Source: Macrostomum lignano
Lineage: Eukaryota
DNA length: 64,000 nucleotides
Direction of reading: 5' to 3'
Assembly (NCBI GenBank): GCA_002269645.1
Contig: NIVC01001793.1
Coordinates: 62,001-126,000 of the forward strand
In this document: in pieces, positions 11,433-24,444 of the stretch
Layout of the letters: each line of letters begins with the position of its first letter
Position numbering within the stretch: position 1 is the stretch's first letter
Program-made: the position numbers and the translations under genes
Notes under the pieces: generated by a model
The model's input: only the letters and a program-made list of their open reading frames with translations
Told to the model about the DNA's origin: nothing
Databases searched by the model: none

Positions 11433-14400
11433 TCAAAAATCTGAATTATAGGCCTACTCCTGCCAAATTCATGTTAAAATAAACACTGTGTTATAACTGC
11501 AACTTGTATATAATTTTATTTCTAAATTTAGACTTTACAATACATTTAAAAACAATCTTTTCATTCTCTTTCATTTACTATGACAATGTGTATTATAAGC
11601 TTATAAGTTACAAGTATAGAAAATAACAAAACAAGAAAAGAAACCACTATATATTAGATAATAGATACTCAGTAATGCTGTAAAGTCAACAAATATAAAA
11701 TATACTATTGCTTTACTCATTTGTGTTCACATTTTTATTTCAGTAAATCAAATAGAAAAGTTATAATTTAAAAAAAATAAGCAGAAATTCATGACCTCAT
11801 AAATGCATTTCAAAGAAATCACAATTATGAAAAAATGGCTGTAAATTCATAAAATAATGATCACAATTATGATCACATCCAACCCCTATTAATTTGTTTA
11901 GTTTGTTTACTGAAACTAATATTAAAAATTATAAAGCTATATAACAAAAAATATAAATATAGGCCTACTTACAATAATATTATTGTTATTAAATGATATG
12001 AAAGATTTCTATGTAGTAGTATGTGGACATACCCTTTGGCTTTGGTAATAGCCATTTTGTTTTTAAATAGTTAATTACTTTATCTTAAGGGATATTGAAC
12101 CTTAACTTTTATAATTTTCTGCAATGGTTAAGTATTGCTTTATTCAATTTTGTTTATTTATAATTCTAAAGTTGCGATCTTTTGAATTTATGTTTTCCAA
12201 TCCAAATCTAATTATATCTTTGCTTTTCTTGTAGTTGGCATTTTATTACCTCAGTACTGGTGGAGGATTGTCGATCAATAGCGTACACAGGAGATACATT
12301 GAAAAATCGGCCTCCAATGAAATTTCATTATGAATAGATTCTCTATAGGTTTATGGTATATGTGTCTAAATATTTTGGGAAAATTCAAAATGATTTGCAC
12401 AAAAAAACCATAGGCCTATAATTAGTTTGATTTTTTTCTTACATATACTAATATTAATAATCTTTTTACAGAAATTTTTAAATATGAACAAAACATAAAT
12501 CTAAATATGAACAAAACACAAAATAATTACAACTACAAGCTGATATTTTGAAGCACCTCCTATCACTAAAATGATTATACTCATGAAATCTTTAATTTTT
12601 TTATCAAAAATGAAATGTGTTTATAACAAAAGCAACTTGTAACCGAAACAACTATATGTCACCCAGGGTCAGGATCGTGTACTGCTGTACACTGGAACAA
12701 AAATTGCTTCTGTAGCTCATGCATGCCAATGTGCCAACGAACTTTTTATTGCATACAAAAATACGCCAAGATAAAAATAACAAACTACAACTAATATTAA
12801 AAGCTTGCAAAATTTTAATATTCAAACAACCTATGTGTTAAAACTAAAAATCTTTTTACTAAACTGTAAAGAAGTAGTTCACTTTAACTATTTTGGTTTT
12901 ACTTTTATTTTCTTGGAAAAGTTAAACCTGGTTTTTTAAATTTAGTTTTCCGTTTTTTTTGTAACAGGCTGGCTATTCTTTCTGATCAAAACTTAGCTAT
13001 ATTGTAACTATGTACATGGAAACTATGCCAAATGCAAACTCAATCATTTTTGTATGCTAATTATATAGATTGATTGTTGGGACTCGGAACTTTTGGTCCC
13101 ACATGCTGGTCTCGGCAATCTTTATATGCCAAGCTGTATGCCAAGAGGGCACACTAGGCGCCTTTGTATGCCAATGTGTAATCCAGGTCCCTCTGTACGC
13201 CAGAAAATTCTGGCGTACATGTATACCATCCAGAGTCTGGTATGTCACCAAAATTTCTGTCACCAAAACGACTTGTCACTAAAACGATTAGTACCCATAT
13301 AAATTTGTATAGGCCTTAGTCATAAATGTACCGAGTCTCAAATTTTATCAAGTCTAGCAACTATGAGTGACTATTGACTAGCCCATATTGCAATTTTACA
13401 CCCTAAGATTAAAGAATCAAGATTATTAGATTAAAATGTCATGCATATTGCAGGTACATTTCATAGCCAAAATTATACTAAGATCAAGAGAAGGGGGACA
13501 AAGACTTTAAATTATCTCCAATGCTAGCACTGGAAGCAATTAGCAAAATACAAAAGCAGTAAAAAATTGCCTCCCTCCAGGTGGCAGGGGAGCATGTCCC
13601 CAGTGTCCCCCCTTTGGTTATATCCTTGGCTGTCAGTGCTCATCTTGTTGATTCTTGTCTTTCCTCTTGTTTCTTGGTTATGATTTTATATTCAGTCCCT
13701 GACAGTCACAAAGAAACACGGCCAAGTATGACTAAAAAATATTGAATACTAAGCTTAGTTTAACTGGTCAAGTAGAAAGGTACTAGTAAAAAAAGAATTT
13801 TACATTTTACATTAAATAATACATCAATAATTTTTTTAAAAATTAAATCTTAAGTCGAAAAAAGCATCTTAAGGAGTTGAAAGTTAAATTTTGATGAAAA
13901 ACAAAATGGCAATAGAATATTTTATCAGGAAATAAATACTGCAGTCTCCACGCCAAGCATGTTTTTATTATTTCAGGTACATTTATTTTTAGCATATGAG
14001 CTCGCGCATGCATGCACGCATATAATTTTAAATGTGGCGTTTGTAAAGAATTTGACTTTAAAACAAAGACTGTTACTTACAATTTTAAAGAGCCGTTTGG
14101 ATCTACTTTATCAAAGCAAAAAAGGCCAGATAGAAAATACAAGATTATTATTTTAACAGTTTACTTCATACCACGATGAACATACGTAATTAATTTTATA
14201 GATGGACGTTCTTCAATTGATCAAAGGCCAACTAAGTTCTTAATTACATCTGATCTTAATTAGTCAACTTTCATCGACTAAGGACACTTTTTCTTTCACT
14301 GTACGAGCCTAAAAAAGCAAGGCCGCGGTTGGGTTTGCAACAATTCATTGCATTAGCTCGTATGAACGTGCTTACAACTGAGAGGCGCAATTTCTTACAA

Positions 14401-15059
14401 CTGAGTGTATGAATATAAAGAATGAACTGTTTAGAGTCGAAAGTAATTAATTGTATGCCTTACCGCTCTGTTTTTAATACATAAAAACAGGAGATACACT
14501 AAATACAATAAAATATAGAGAAAAATCATTGGAAGAAAGTACGTTCCACTGAAGCAAATTACTATAAAAGCGTCTACTTGGAGGAAAAAAGCGATGTTCT
14601 CCGCTCACTTACTAAAAATACGGGGAGAAATCTTATTAGAAACACGCACACAGTATAAAACAGCACAACATTAACATGCCTCGCTATCACGACAGATTCG
14701 TGACAGAGAGGACCTTGAAATTTTCTTTACTTCTGATCTTTTTTATATTTTTCTAAAAGTACTATCCACTGCTTGAGCTTTTGTCCTTTTGAAGCTCGAA
14801 TTGCATGTATATTTGACCCTCATATGCAATCAGTGCATGCATTTTCTGGATTTGTAGTCTCTATGATTCTAGTAGAACTTAGAAATCGAAGTAAGGGTTA
14901 ATTGAAATTAATTGTAATTCATATTGATCGGGTAGAATCAAGACAAGACTTTTTGTCTAGGCGAATGATTTATTAAGAGATGATTATCCAACTTTATAAA
15001 TCACTAATAGAGAGACAGCATGCATTACCTTACCTCTATTTAGGTAAGTGATGGCCTTC

Positions 15060-15480
15060 TGTGACAGCAGAGCAGCTCAGCGATAAACGCGTCTGACTCT
15101 CGCGCCACGATCCCTGCTGCAGATCACATTCAGTTGGGGCAATTGTGCACGAAAATTGGCCTTGGCTTGTTGTGCGCGATTCACACCTATAATGGCCAGC
15201 CCCTAAGGCGCAGAGAGTGTACATGACTGACAATTAGAAAGTCAGGGCCGCTGTGCACCCTGTGTGAGGGTGTGTACATGAGTGCGTGTCTGCATACAGT
15301 ACCTGCGGGCGCTTCACGTGCTCAGGAGTCAGCGGAACCGAGGCAGAATTGCCTGATCGGAGCTGGTTCTGGGACGCTGTCGCCGAAGGTACGACATTAG
15401 CCCGCAGGAAATTTGCTCGAGGGAGGTTATATCCCGCTTTGCCCACAGACATTTGGCGCTATAATTACAGTATAACCATT
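15060..15480 (+). mobile_element. Diverged copy of the tRNA-derived SINE family
   Basis: Shares the core ggccagcccctaaggcgcag-agtgtacatg...agggccgctgtgcac-ctgtgtga with 58791-59290 and 39721-40068; tRNA-like head gcagctcagcgataaacgcgtctgact. Boundaries approximate. Confidence 0.55.
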
Positions 15481-16019
15481 AAGCCCAAGACAGAATTACT
15501 AGTGTTTAAACTTGGTATTACCGGTAGATAATAATGTAATCATAATCATCGTTATTAGCATATAGTGCGCATTTCTGCGATGAGACTGCAGGACAGCTGG
15601 AGCAGATCAGGTTACTACTACAGGATAACAACGGAAATTGTGTTTTCATACTCGAGATTTGGTCGCAGTTTTTACTAAGGAATTGCGTTCCGCTGATTGA
15701 CTGAATTGACTGCCAAATTACCTGCAATGGATTGGAGTTTTGTAAAATCTAGCTCTTTGTGAGTCTGCACGTGTGAATGGAGTTTGAAAAGGTTGGAACT
15801 ATTTGAGGAACTGCACTATCGAGAAGAAAAAATCAAGGAAATACATCATCCTGAACAGGCAGTGAAGTCTTTTATGATTTAAACCATGCATAACAATGTA
15901 ACTGGACAGTTAAATGTCTGCAAGAAAGTTTCATACGGGCCAATGTCATAGACACGTCCACAAAAATGTTACGCCAGGGTGCCCACAATCCTCCTGCGAG
16001 TATCTATTTTACTGGATCA

Positions 16020-16760
16020 TAAAGTTACTGGAACTACAGCAGTACTCGAGCATCAAGTGACAGGAAATACAGCAGTACTCGAGCATCAAGCGACAGGAAA
16101 TACAGCAGCACTCGAGCATCAAGTGACTGGAACTACAGCAGTACTCGAGCATCCAGTGACTGAAACTAAAGCAGCACTCGAGCATCAAGTGACTGGAACT
16201 ACAGCAGCACTCGAGCATCAAGCGACAGGAACTACAGCAGTACTCGAGCATCAAGCGACAGGAACTACAGCAGCACTCGAGCATCAAGTGACTGAAACTA
16301 CAGCAGCACTCCAGCATCATCAAGTGACTGGAACTACAGCAGCACTCGAGCATCATCAAGTGACTGGAACTACAGCAGCACTCCAGCATCATCAAGTGAC
16401 TGAAACTACAGCAGCACTCGAGCATCATCAAGTGACTGGAACTACAGCAGCACTCGAGCATCATCAAGTGACTGGAACTACAGCAGCACTCGAGCATCAT
16501 CAAGTGACTGGAACTACAGCAGCACTCCAGCATCATCAAGTGACTGGAACTACAGCAGCACTCCAGCATCATCAAGTGACTGGAACTACAGCAGCACTCC
16601 AGCATCATCAAGTGACTGGAACTACAGCAGCACTCCAGCATCATCAAGTGACTGGAACTACAGCAGCACTCCAGCATCATCAAGTGACTGGAACTACAGC
16701 AGCACTCCAGAATCATCAAGTGACTGGAACTACAGCAGTACTCGAGCATCAAGTGCCTGA
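16020..16760. repeat. 27/30-bp minisatellite (CAGCACTCGAGCATCATCAAGTGACTGGAACTACA core)
   Basis: Tandem units; explains ORFs 15979-16797 (+) and 16009-16752 (-). Confidence 0.93.
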
Positions 16761-19301
16761 AACCTGCGCGAAATCATACCACCGTAAAACACACTAAACT
16801 ATGCAGCAAGTTTTTAGCGTTGAAAAAAATAAAGCTAAAAGCGGAGTCGCGCTGAGTGTAACACAACAGCTGCTATAATTAGATTCAGTCCATACATGGT
16901 CCTCATGATGGGGTGACTACGAGCTAATTGTTAGTAGACTCATAAAATGCTCCGCCGTCTATCTTGTAAGCATGCGGCGGCAAGTTTTAAGCGTATAACA
17001 GAATTTTTTATGACTGAACAAATTAATCTGCGTAAATTGTTAATTTGTTTTAATTAAGTGGGCAGCAAATTGTAGGCAGTGGCCCCACCTCAAACTCATT
17101 GGTCACTTTGGGGGGCGCTGCATGGTGACTATTTTTATTATTTTTATTTTTATTAGACTAGATGCTATATAGATCTCGCAGTTTTGCCCTAGCCCGTTAG
17201 GGGCCAGCAAAAAAGATCGGTGCCAAGGCCCAACATTCCGGGCCATCATATTCCCCAGCCTCTAGCCAGCATCGCGCCATGAGTCGCTTAATTACCAACC
17301 GCAGATTCTACTGCCAAGCAGCTGCCGCCTCCGCCAGTGACGGCTCTCAAACATTGCCATCTGCCAAGCCGCACCTCGCAGTCTACAGCCACTGCCAGCG
17401 CTGACTGTATGGAGCCGTTGGTTAATTGTCAGTTAAATTGAGGGTCCGCCGCGCGTCACGAAACAAAACTGCCTCTCGGAATAGATGGAGATAGGAGAAG
17501 GGGGGAGACTGAGCGTCAATGAGGGAGGGGACACTCCAAAATAGACAGAACTGGACTCAAGTCACAATGGCCCGCAGAAAATGATGACGATAATCACACG
17601 GGAGGAGGGGTGCAGGGGGTTTGGAAGTCAGACCCTGGCCCAGTGATCATCATTCATTACCAGGCGAATGAAATATTCATTTGGCTGCTCCACCCCGCGC
17701 GCGGAGCCTGGATGATGGAGCTGGGGAAGGTAAGAAGCTGCCCCATTCCGAGATCCAACACTAACTAATTAATCGCGATGGACTGCTCTCCTGAGTCCCG
17801 GCCAAGCCAAACACAAAACGGAACTCTTGCACTGGAAGCTGTTTAGTGTTTTTCAGCTATCTCAACCCCTCTCTGCATCGCTGGTTCCCCATATTACCAA
17901 TTTTGTCACAATTTGATGAAGGAAAGAAGCCCCCCCTCCAACCACCCCCTCTGACAAGTGCGGCAAGTGTGCTCCCCGATAGTCGTCAAGAGGAGGTCGC
18001 ATGGCAACTATTATCTGTGGGAGAGGGAGGGTTGGCTACCTGGAGTGTGACTACAGCAGCCTGGTTGGCCCAGCTGGGACGCAGGCTTAGCGCCTCCCAG
18101 CAGTGCCGATTGGGTGCCGGACGAAGAGGGGCTGCGAGGTTGCTGCGGCGGCGATGGGGCAGCAGCGGCTGTCAGCATTTATGCTGGCACCGGGGCCCAG
18201 CGATGCGGGCACTTCGCCATCTCTTCTCTGTCTCGACCGGAGCATAGGCATCAAGGTTGACTGACAGCAACATTCTTGAATAGGACGCCTCCCAAACCGC
18301 CCTGAGCGTTGGTGTTTAAATTCTACCTGTCATACTTGACACAGGTGAGTTAAGAAAGTTGTTTATGCATTCTATGAGCTAATGCCTCTTTTGTCTATAT
18401 TTGTCTTTGTAGTTCCCTTAGCCTAAAAAGCGAGGATGCAACGCAGTCGTTATACAATAGGCTCTTGAGCAACTCTGAGTGGGGCGAGTGCATGGGCATG
18501 GCTAACTCAGCAGGGTAGCTGGCGCAGCATGCGACGTCCAGATGCGGAGTTGCTAAGCACAGAATAATGAGAGCGAAGAGGAAGACGCAGGAGTAAATGA
18601 AGTGGGAGGGGCCGGCAGAGAAGGGAAAACGAAAAGACAGCTTTGGGATTTGGATTTTTGCAAGCTTTTTTCCCATAAAAACAGGAGCTACCTTTCTACA
18701 CTATTTTTTTACACGATTGGGCTGCCACTCCTGCCAGGAAGGCTGTTGCCAAGGCTTGGAGCAGCTTCACCTTCTTTCTCTGAAGAGTAAAACCTCATGT
18801 ATGGATGAGAGTTATGTCATCGATGCTCCACAATAATCTACTGGATAAAATATTGCCAATTGTATTTGACACAGCACTGCGGAGCCAAAAGGAGGAGATC
18901 AATTCCAGCTGCGCAATCCGGGTCTAGGCTTGAACAGGGAGAGACTAAGCACACATTGGATTCAAGCCTATTGAATCCTAACTTACAATGTGTGACAGGT
19001 GGGCAAACATACGTCTAGAAAGGATTTAAGCCATTTTGCAAATGAGGGATCTTAAATAAAACATCAACAGCGACAATTAGACAGACGCCCAATCGGCCCC
19101 CTCTAGGATCAACGGAGCTTCAACCTGCAGACCTCATTTCCCTGTGTTTGTCCCTCTTGATTGTTCTCAATCGGATGAAAGGGCAATCCTGATGTAGCTA
19201 AGGAATTCCACAGCACACACCATTAGTGGGCAATCGTTCATTCCGACAATGTGAGGACAACAGGCGTCTTGGCGTCTGCTCAGAAGAATCTTTTCCGAGT
19301 A

Positions 19302-19309
19302 TATATAAA
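19302..19309 (+). promoter_or_regulatory. Candidate TATA box of the prohormone gene
   Basis: TATATAAA 76 nt upstream of ATG 19385; Inr-like TCAGTC at 19345-19350. Confidence 0.5.
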
Positions 19310-19384
19310 TTTCCAACGCTGGCCTCAACTCCATCTGCCAATTTTCAGTCGCAACGAAGGTCGAAGCTGAAACCGCGAGAAACT

Positions 19385-20173
19385 ATGAACTGCGCACTTC
19401 AAGTCTGCCTTCTACTTGGTCTTCTGGTGTCCGTCACCAGCGCGGAGGTAAGTTTGCAACTGATTTGCATTCTTTTCAGTTCCATTGTGTAGCAAACTTG
19501 AACCCTGAAAATGCAGAGGCCGCACCACGAGTACGGCGGAGAGTACCACGCCGCTAAACGGGCCGCCCTGGCCGACTTCCGCAAGCGCTTCAACGGCTGG
19601 TACAACGTCGACGCCGAGGAGCGAGGCCGCGCCGGCCATCACCACCGCCATGGCAAGGGCGAGCATGAGGAGAAGCGCGCCGCCCTGTCCGACTTTAAGC
19701 GCGCCGCTCTGTCCGACTTTAAGCGCGCCGCTCTGGCCGATTTCAAGCGCGCCTCGCTTGCCGACTTCAAGCGCGCCGCCTTAGCCGACTTCAAACGTGC
19801 CGCTCTGTCCGACTTCAAACGCGCTGCCCTAGCCGATTTCAAACGCGCCGCCCTAGCCGACTTCAAGCGCGCCGCTCTGGCCGACTTCAAGCGCTCGCAC
19901 CACCGCCACTCGGAGGGCCACAAAGGCGCCAAGGGCCACCATGTAAGCTGATTGAATGTTGCCTGCAGAACAACCTTGACAGTTGGAACTAGGACCAATA
20001 AAGAAACAGCATAACCTTATATTATGTATAATATTGAATAATTATTCGCTGCATGACCACTTCAGCACGCCGGCAAGCACCACGGCGAGCACAAACGGCA
20101 GCTGTACTGGGACATCTGCACCCGCATGGAGAACGGCGAGGAGAAGTACTACGCCTGCCAGAAGAGCCTCTAA
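19385..20173 (+). CDS. Secreted multi-copy peptide precursor (neuropeptide prohormone-like), 198 aa; exons 19385-19447, 19517-19942, 20066-20173
   Basis: Signal peptide MNCALQVCLLLGLLVSVTSAE. Introns GAG|GTAAGT..TGCAG and CAT|GTAAGC..TTCAG, both phase 0. Ten KR-flanked hexapeptides (AALADF x6, AALSDF x3, ASLADF x1), His-rich spacers, and C-terminal KR-QLYWDICTRMENGEEKYYACQKSL*. The repeats differ mainly at synonymous codon positions. Confidence 0.9.
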
Positions 20174-20630
20174 GGAGACGAACGGCAGTCACGGAGCGTT
20201 TTGAAGACACAAGACACAAGAAAATCAAATTTGTCCACAACGAATTAGCAACTCACAATTTCTATATCTTACTTTTTTAAAGGTGCGCATGGTTAATCCA
20301 AGATGGTGGAGAGTCCTCCCCGCAAGCTGGGAATATTTTAGAACCTGGCCTAGCTAAAGCTGTTGTCTTTAAAACCAAATTACAAACTCTGCAATACAGA
20401 ACGGACTGAAAATCCAAGACCTTTTACGATGTCAATGCTGTTTGCCGTTTCTTATTTACTCCTTTCGTTTTGATGTGCAAGCATGCCATTCAGACAAGGG
20501 GCAGAAATGAATCATGAAGTCAACCCACCATTGAAAAATAACCTTGACGTGATCCCTGTGTGAAATACTATGTATATGCGCATGCAAACGCAATAATATT
20601 TATATAAAATCCCTATTCAACAGAACAATA

Positions 20631-21935
20631 CGAGGGGCACTAGATAAGTTTCTAGCTGCGGTCAACATGTAACAGTTATAAAGATGAAACTTTCAGAGCT
20701 TTTCAAAGTACTCTCCATCAGCTTGGATGCACCGCCTCATCCGCTCAAACCAAGTTTCAAAGCAGTGGCGCCACTCTGAGTGGGATACCCCCTCAACGGC
20801 CGATCTATAGGCATCAACAGCCTCTTCGGCGGAGGAAAATCGGCACCCTCGCATGGAATTCTTGATGAATGGAAATAAAAAAAGTCACACGGTGCCAGGT
20901 CAGGTGAATATGGTGGATGACTGAGCTGCTGGAAGCCCACCGTCTGTAGAAACTCTCGAGTTCGATTCGCCGTGTGCGCACTGGCGTTGTCCTGGTGCAG
21001 CCAGAGACCTCGAACGCCGCACTTTGGCCGCGCCTCTTTAAGGCTGCTGATGACACGCGGCAGGCAGACGGTGCAGTACCAATCTGCAGTCACTGTGCGC
21101 TGGCTCTCGAGTGCTACAGTCGCAATGTGGCCAGTCTTTCGGAAGAAAGTTGCCACCATTTGCTTGCCAGTGCTCCGACCCCTGACAACCTTGGTCGGCG
21201 GGGCTTCATCTTCAAAAGCCCACACACGCGACTGGCATTTCCGCTCGGGTTCGTAGCAATACACCCACGTTTCGTCACATGTGACAATGTCTGTGACAGA
21301 CTTCGACGTCCCTCCGCCAAACCTGTCCAGCATTTCCTGGCACCAGCTCATGCGGGCCTGCTTCTGCTCGGTGGTGAGCAAATGCGGCACCCAGCGACTG
21401 GTCAGCTTGCGGACAGCGAGGTGATCACGAAGGATAAAAGCGACTGTCGGCGATGAGATTCCAAGACATGCCTCAATCGTTTGATACGTCACTCGCCGAT
21501 CAGCCTCAATCATGCGCCGCACGCGGTCGATGGTTTCAGGTGTCGTCACTGAAACAGGTCGGCCGGTTCGACCTTCGTCTTCCAAGCTGTCTCGGCCACG
21601 CTTGAACTCCCGGAACCAGGCGGTGACGGTGGCGATGGATGGCGCAAGGTTAGGAAAGGCAGCAGACAGCCGCTCGTGGCACTGGTGAAATGTCAAGCCG
21701 CTCTTAAAATCGTAGAAAATCATGGCACGAAAGTGTTCACGATTGAGCTCCATTACAGTGCTGAAAGAGTCACAGACCTTGTTGAGATAAAATGCGACAG
21801 TGAGAGAATGGTGACAATTAGGTGCATGAAACTTTGGGGACCATGATAAAACTTCTTATTCAATATGCTCAGAAAATATGGCCTAATTTGAATAAACGGT
21901 TTGACCGCAGCTAAAAACTTATCTAGTGCCCCTCG
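20631..21935 (-). mobile_element. Mariner (DD34D) DNA transposon, near-intact young copy
   Basis: 35-bp TIRs CGAGGGGCACTAGATAAGTTT(C/T)TAGCTGCGGTCAA with 1 mismatch; TA on both sides (20629-30, 21936-37). Confidence 0.97.
20693..21753 (-). pseudogene. Mariner transposase with a single 1-nt frameshift near the C-terminus
   Basis: MELNREHFRAMIFYDF...WVPHLL...CDETW...QDNASAH...YSPDLAPCD (D34D). Adding one base to the A7 run at 20877-20883 restores FFLFP...GEYFEKL* ending at TGA 20693-20695. Confidence 0.9.
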
Positions 21936-23289
21936 TATCATTTCTATCTAATATTCCGTTGCAAACGCCAATTCATACCCCAGCCTGAGACAGCAGCCTC
22001 CAGGACTATCGGCCTGCCACTATCTTCAGCTCCCAATAATAAAGCAAAATTTCTCAATAAAGCGCCAAAAAGTTGAATAAAAATATGAAAAAACAAGCAC
22101 GAGTGCATGTAAGTGCAATATTAGTTGTGCAAAGTGACCTCTTTGTTAATATTTTCCTTGACTATTACTACATCGCTTTGATATAGAATGGAACCCTCAT
22201 TTCTTATGGGAGGCTTATACCTGGCTGTCAGTCTTCACACAGATAATAACTACCTGCGGCTATGCAGCCCACACCTAATAGGACCTTAATAACGGATGCC
22301 AAGATGGGAAGCCCAAAACTGCATTGCTGTGATGGATGCACTTTGATCACAAGCCGGGGCCAACCGATCCGAGCTCGTTATGCCGCGGCTTGGGCTCAGA
22401 CAATCTAGAATCCAGAATCTGACAGGCTGTTAAAAATCTGTGAATTGATTTTTTGAAAAACAATCTTAATGACCCAAGGGACAATGCAATCACCGGAATG
22501 AGATCACCTCCACGTTCTACAAACAGCGCTGAGGCTATTCTGGCCATTCCGCTGCCCAACTTTCGTGTAAAAAGTTCCAAACTAATACAGCCAGAATGAG
22601 ACAAAACTCCATGACAAGAAGTAAACAAACTCAGCGACCGGAATGAAACGAAACTCCATAACGTCATAACCGAAGATCTGCATACTATAATACAACTTCT
22701 ATATTTATTTATTGAGCACGGGGAACGGAGAAAATAGAAGCAACGAATGCTTTAGATCAGCTGAGCTGCTGTCTTCATCAAACATGATCTAGGCAGCTGG
22801 GCTACCCACTGATATGTCAGCCATCTGATCTCAAAATATTCATCATTGCATATGATATGTGTGTTGTCAGGTTGATCGCTCCAGCGAATAATGAGAAAAG
22901 GCTAGGCGGTAAATTCATAGGTATTTCTCTCAGAGCAATGGGGAGTGAAGAGATGATTCAATTAGGGCGGCTGTATGAGTGCCAACGCTAGTAGCCTATT
23001 CAGCTGAGTACTGACTAACCACCACAAGCTCCGCTTAAATTAGCAATATAGGAGTCTACAGTAAAACATCAGTTAAATTAAAAAACAGAACTTTTCTAAC
23101 AGCAGAATAATGTTTTCCAATTGCCAAAAAATATAATTTATGTACGTTACGTATATTCGGGAAAATCAAAAGTCATCAGTCATGTTCACAATTGGTCATG
23201 AGAAGATTTAACAGTGCCAAAATTATGCATGATATCAAAGTATTAAGCATTACCATTATCATAATTACAACTGCGCCAATACCACATCT

Positions 23290-24050
23290 ACTCTCTCCTC
23301 TACATCTCTACTCTATCTGCATCTACTTCTCTCCTCTATTTCTACTCTCTCCTCTACATCTGCTCTCTCCTCTACATCTGCTCTCTCCTCTACATCTGCT
23401 CTCTCCTCTACATCTACTCTCTCATCTACATCTATTCTCCCATCTACATCTCATCTCTTCTCTGTATCTACTCTTTCCTCTACATCTACTCTCTCATCTA
23501 TATCTACTCTCCATTCTACATCTTATCTCTTCTCTATATCTACTCTTTCCTCTACACCTACTCCATCATCTACATCTATTCTTTCAGCTACATCTTTACT
23601 CTCTCCTCTATATCTACTCTCTTCTCGATATGTGTTCTCTCATCTACATTCTCTCTCATATACATCTACTCTCTCATCTAAATCTACTCTCTCCTCTATA
23701 TCTACTCTCTCATCTAAATCTACTCTCTCCTCTATATCTACTCTCTCATCTAAATCTACTCTCTCCTCTATATCTAATGTCTCTTCTATATCTACTCTCT
23801 CCTCAATATCTACTCTCTCCTCTATATCTACTCTCTCCTCAATATCTACTCTCTCCTCTATATCTACTCTCTCCTCTATATCTACTCTCTCCTCTATATC
23901 TACTCTCTCCTCTATATCTACTCTCTCCTCTATATCTACTCTCTCCTCTATATCTACTCTCTCCTCTATATCTACTCTCTCCTCTATATCTACTCCCTCA
24001 TCTATATCTACTCTCTCCTTTACATCTACTCTCTCTTCTACATCCCTACT
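23290..24050. repeat. 18-bp minisatellite (TCTACTCTCTCCTCTATA)
   Basis: Tandem units; explains ORFs 23192-24061 and 23632-24174. Confidence 0.93.
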
Positions 24051-24089
24051 CTATTTGTTAAATAAAAATGTAAGTACTAGAAAAATGGA

Positions 24090-24400
24090 TAGTCAATTAT
24101 TAAAAAAGAGAACCTCAGCAAAAAAGAAAATTGGTGTGCACATGCAGACAACAGAGCTCACCGAAGCGAACTAGCAAAACGCATAGATTTCAAATTAGCA
24201 ATTGTAATGGAATGACTTTAATTAGATAATACTAATGCTAACACGTGACAGACTGACAGTATCATAAACATAAACTACATAGATTTAATCAACTTTAAAA
24301 TAGCACTAGACCGCTTCATTGCGTTCAAAATTTAATTAAAAATCCTTGATAGCTACAAATTAAAAAAACAACTGCTACAGTCATTCTAGACAATTGTACT
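24090..24400 (+). mobile_element. Decayed CR1/L2-like LINE 3' remnant
   Basis: Frameshifted residues resembling the CR1 RT C-terminus (RAH..ELAK...W N...NFKIALDRF). Confidence 0.35.
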
Positions 24401-24444
24401 ATATACTTACTTATACACACAAAGACCTTCACCTATTTCACCTT

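Noticed and set aside
12630-13320. Short repeats (gtcaccaaaacg) and three overlapping ~69-aa ORFs
   Set aside because: Probably a MITE remnant, but no convincing TIR or TSD pair; the ORFs lack recognisable motifs.
15979-16797. 272-aa HQVTGTTAALE repeat ORF and its antisense Cys-rich ORF
   Set aside because: Coincides exactly with a 27/30-bp minisatellite (unit multiple of 3); starts at GTG, has no splice or signal context and little synonymous variation.
17400-18900. GC-rich stretch with ORFs 17846-18247, 18395-18676 and 18597-18836
   Set aside because: No recognisable domain and stops in all minus-strand frames I translated; may be a decayed TE or regulatory DNA upstream of the prohormone. 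Unresolved without a database search.
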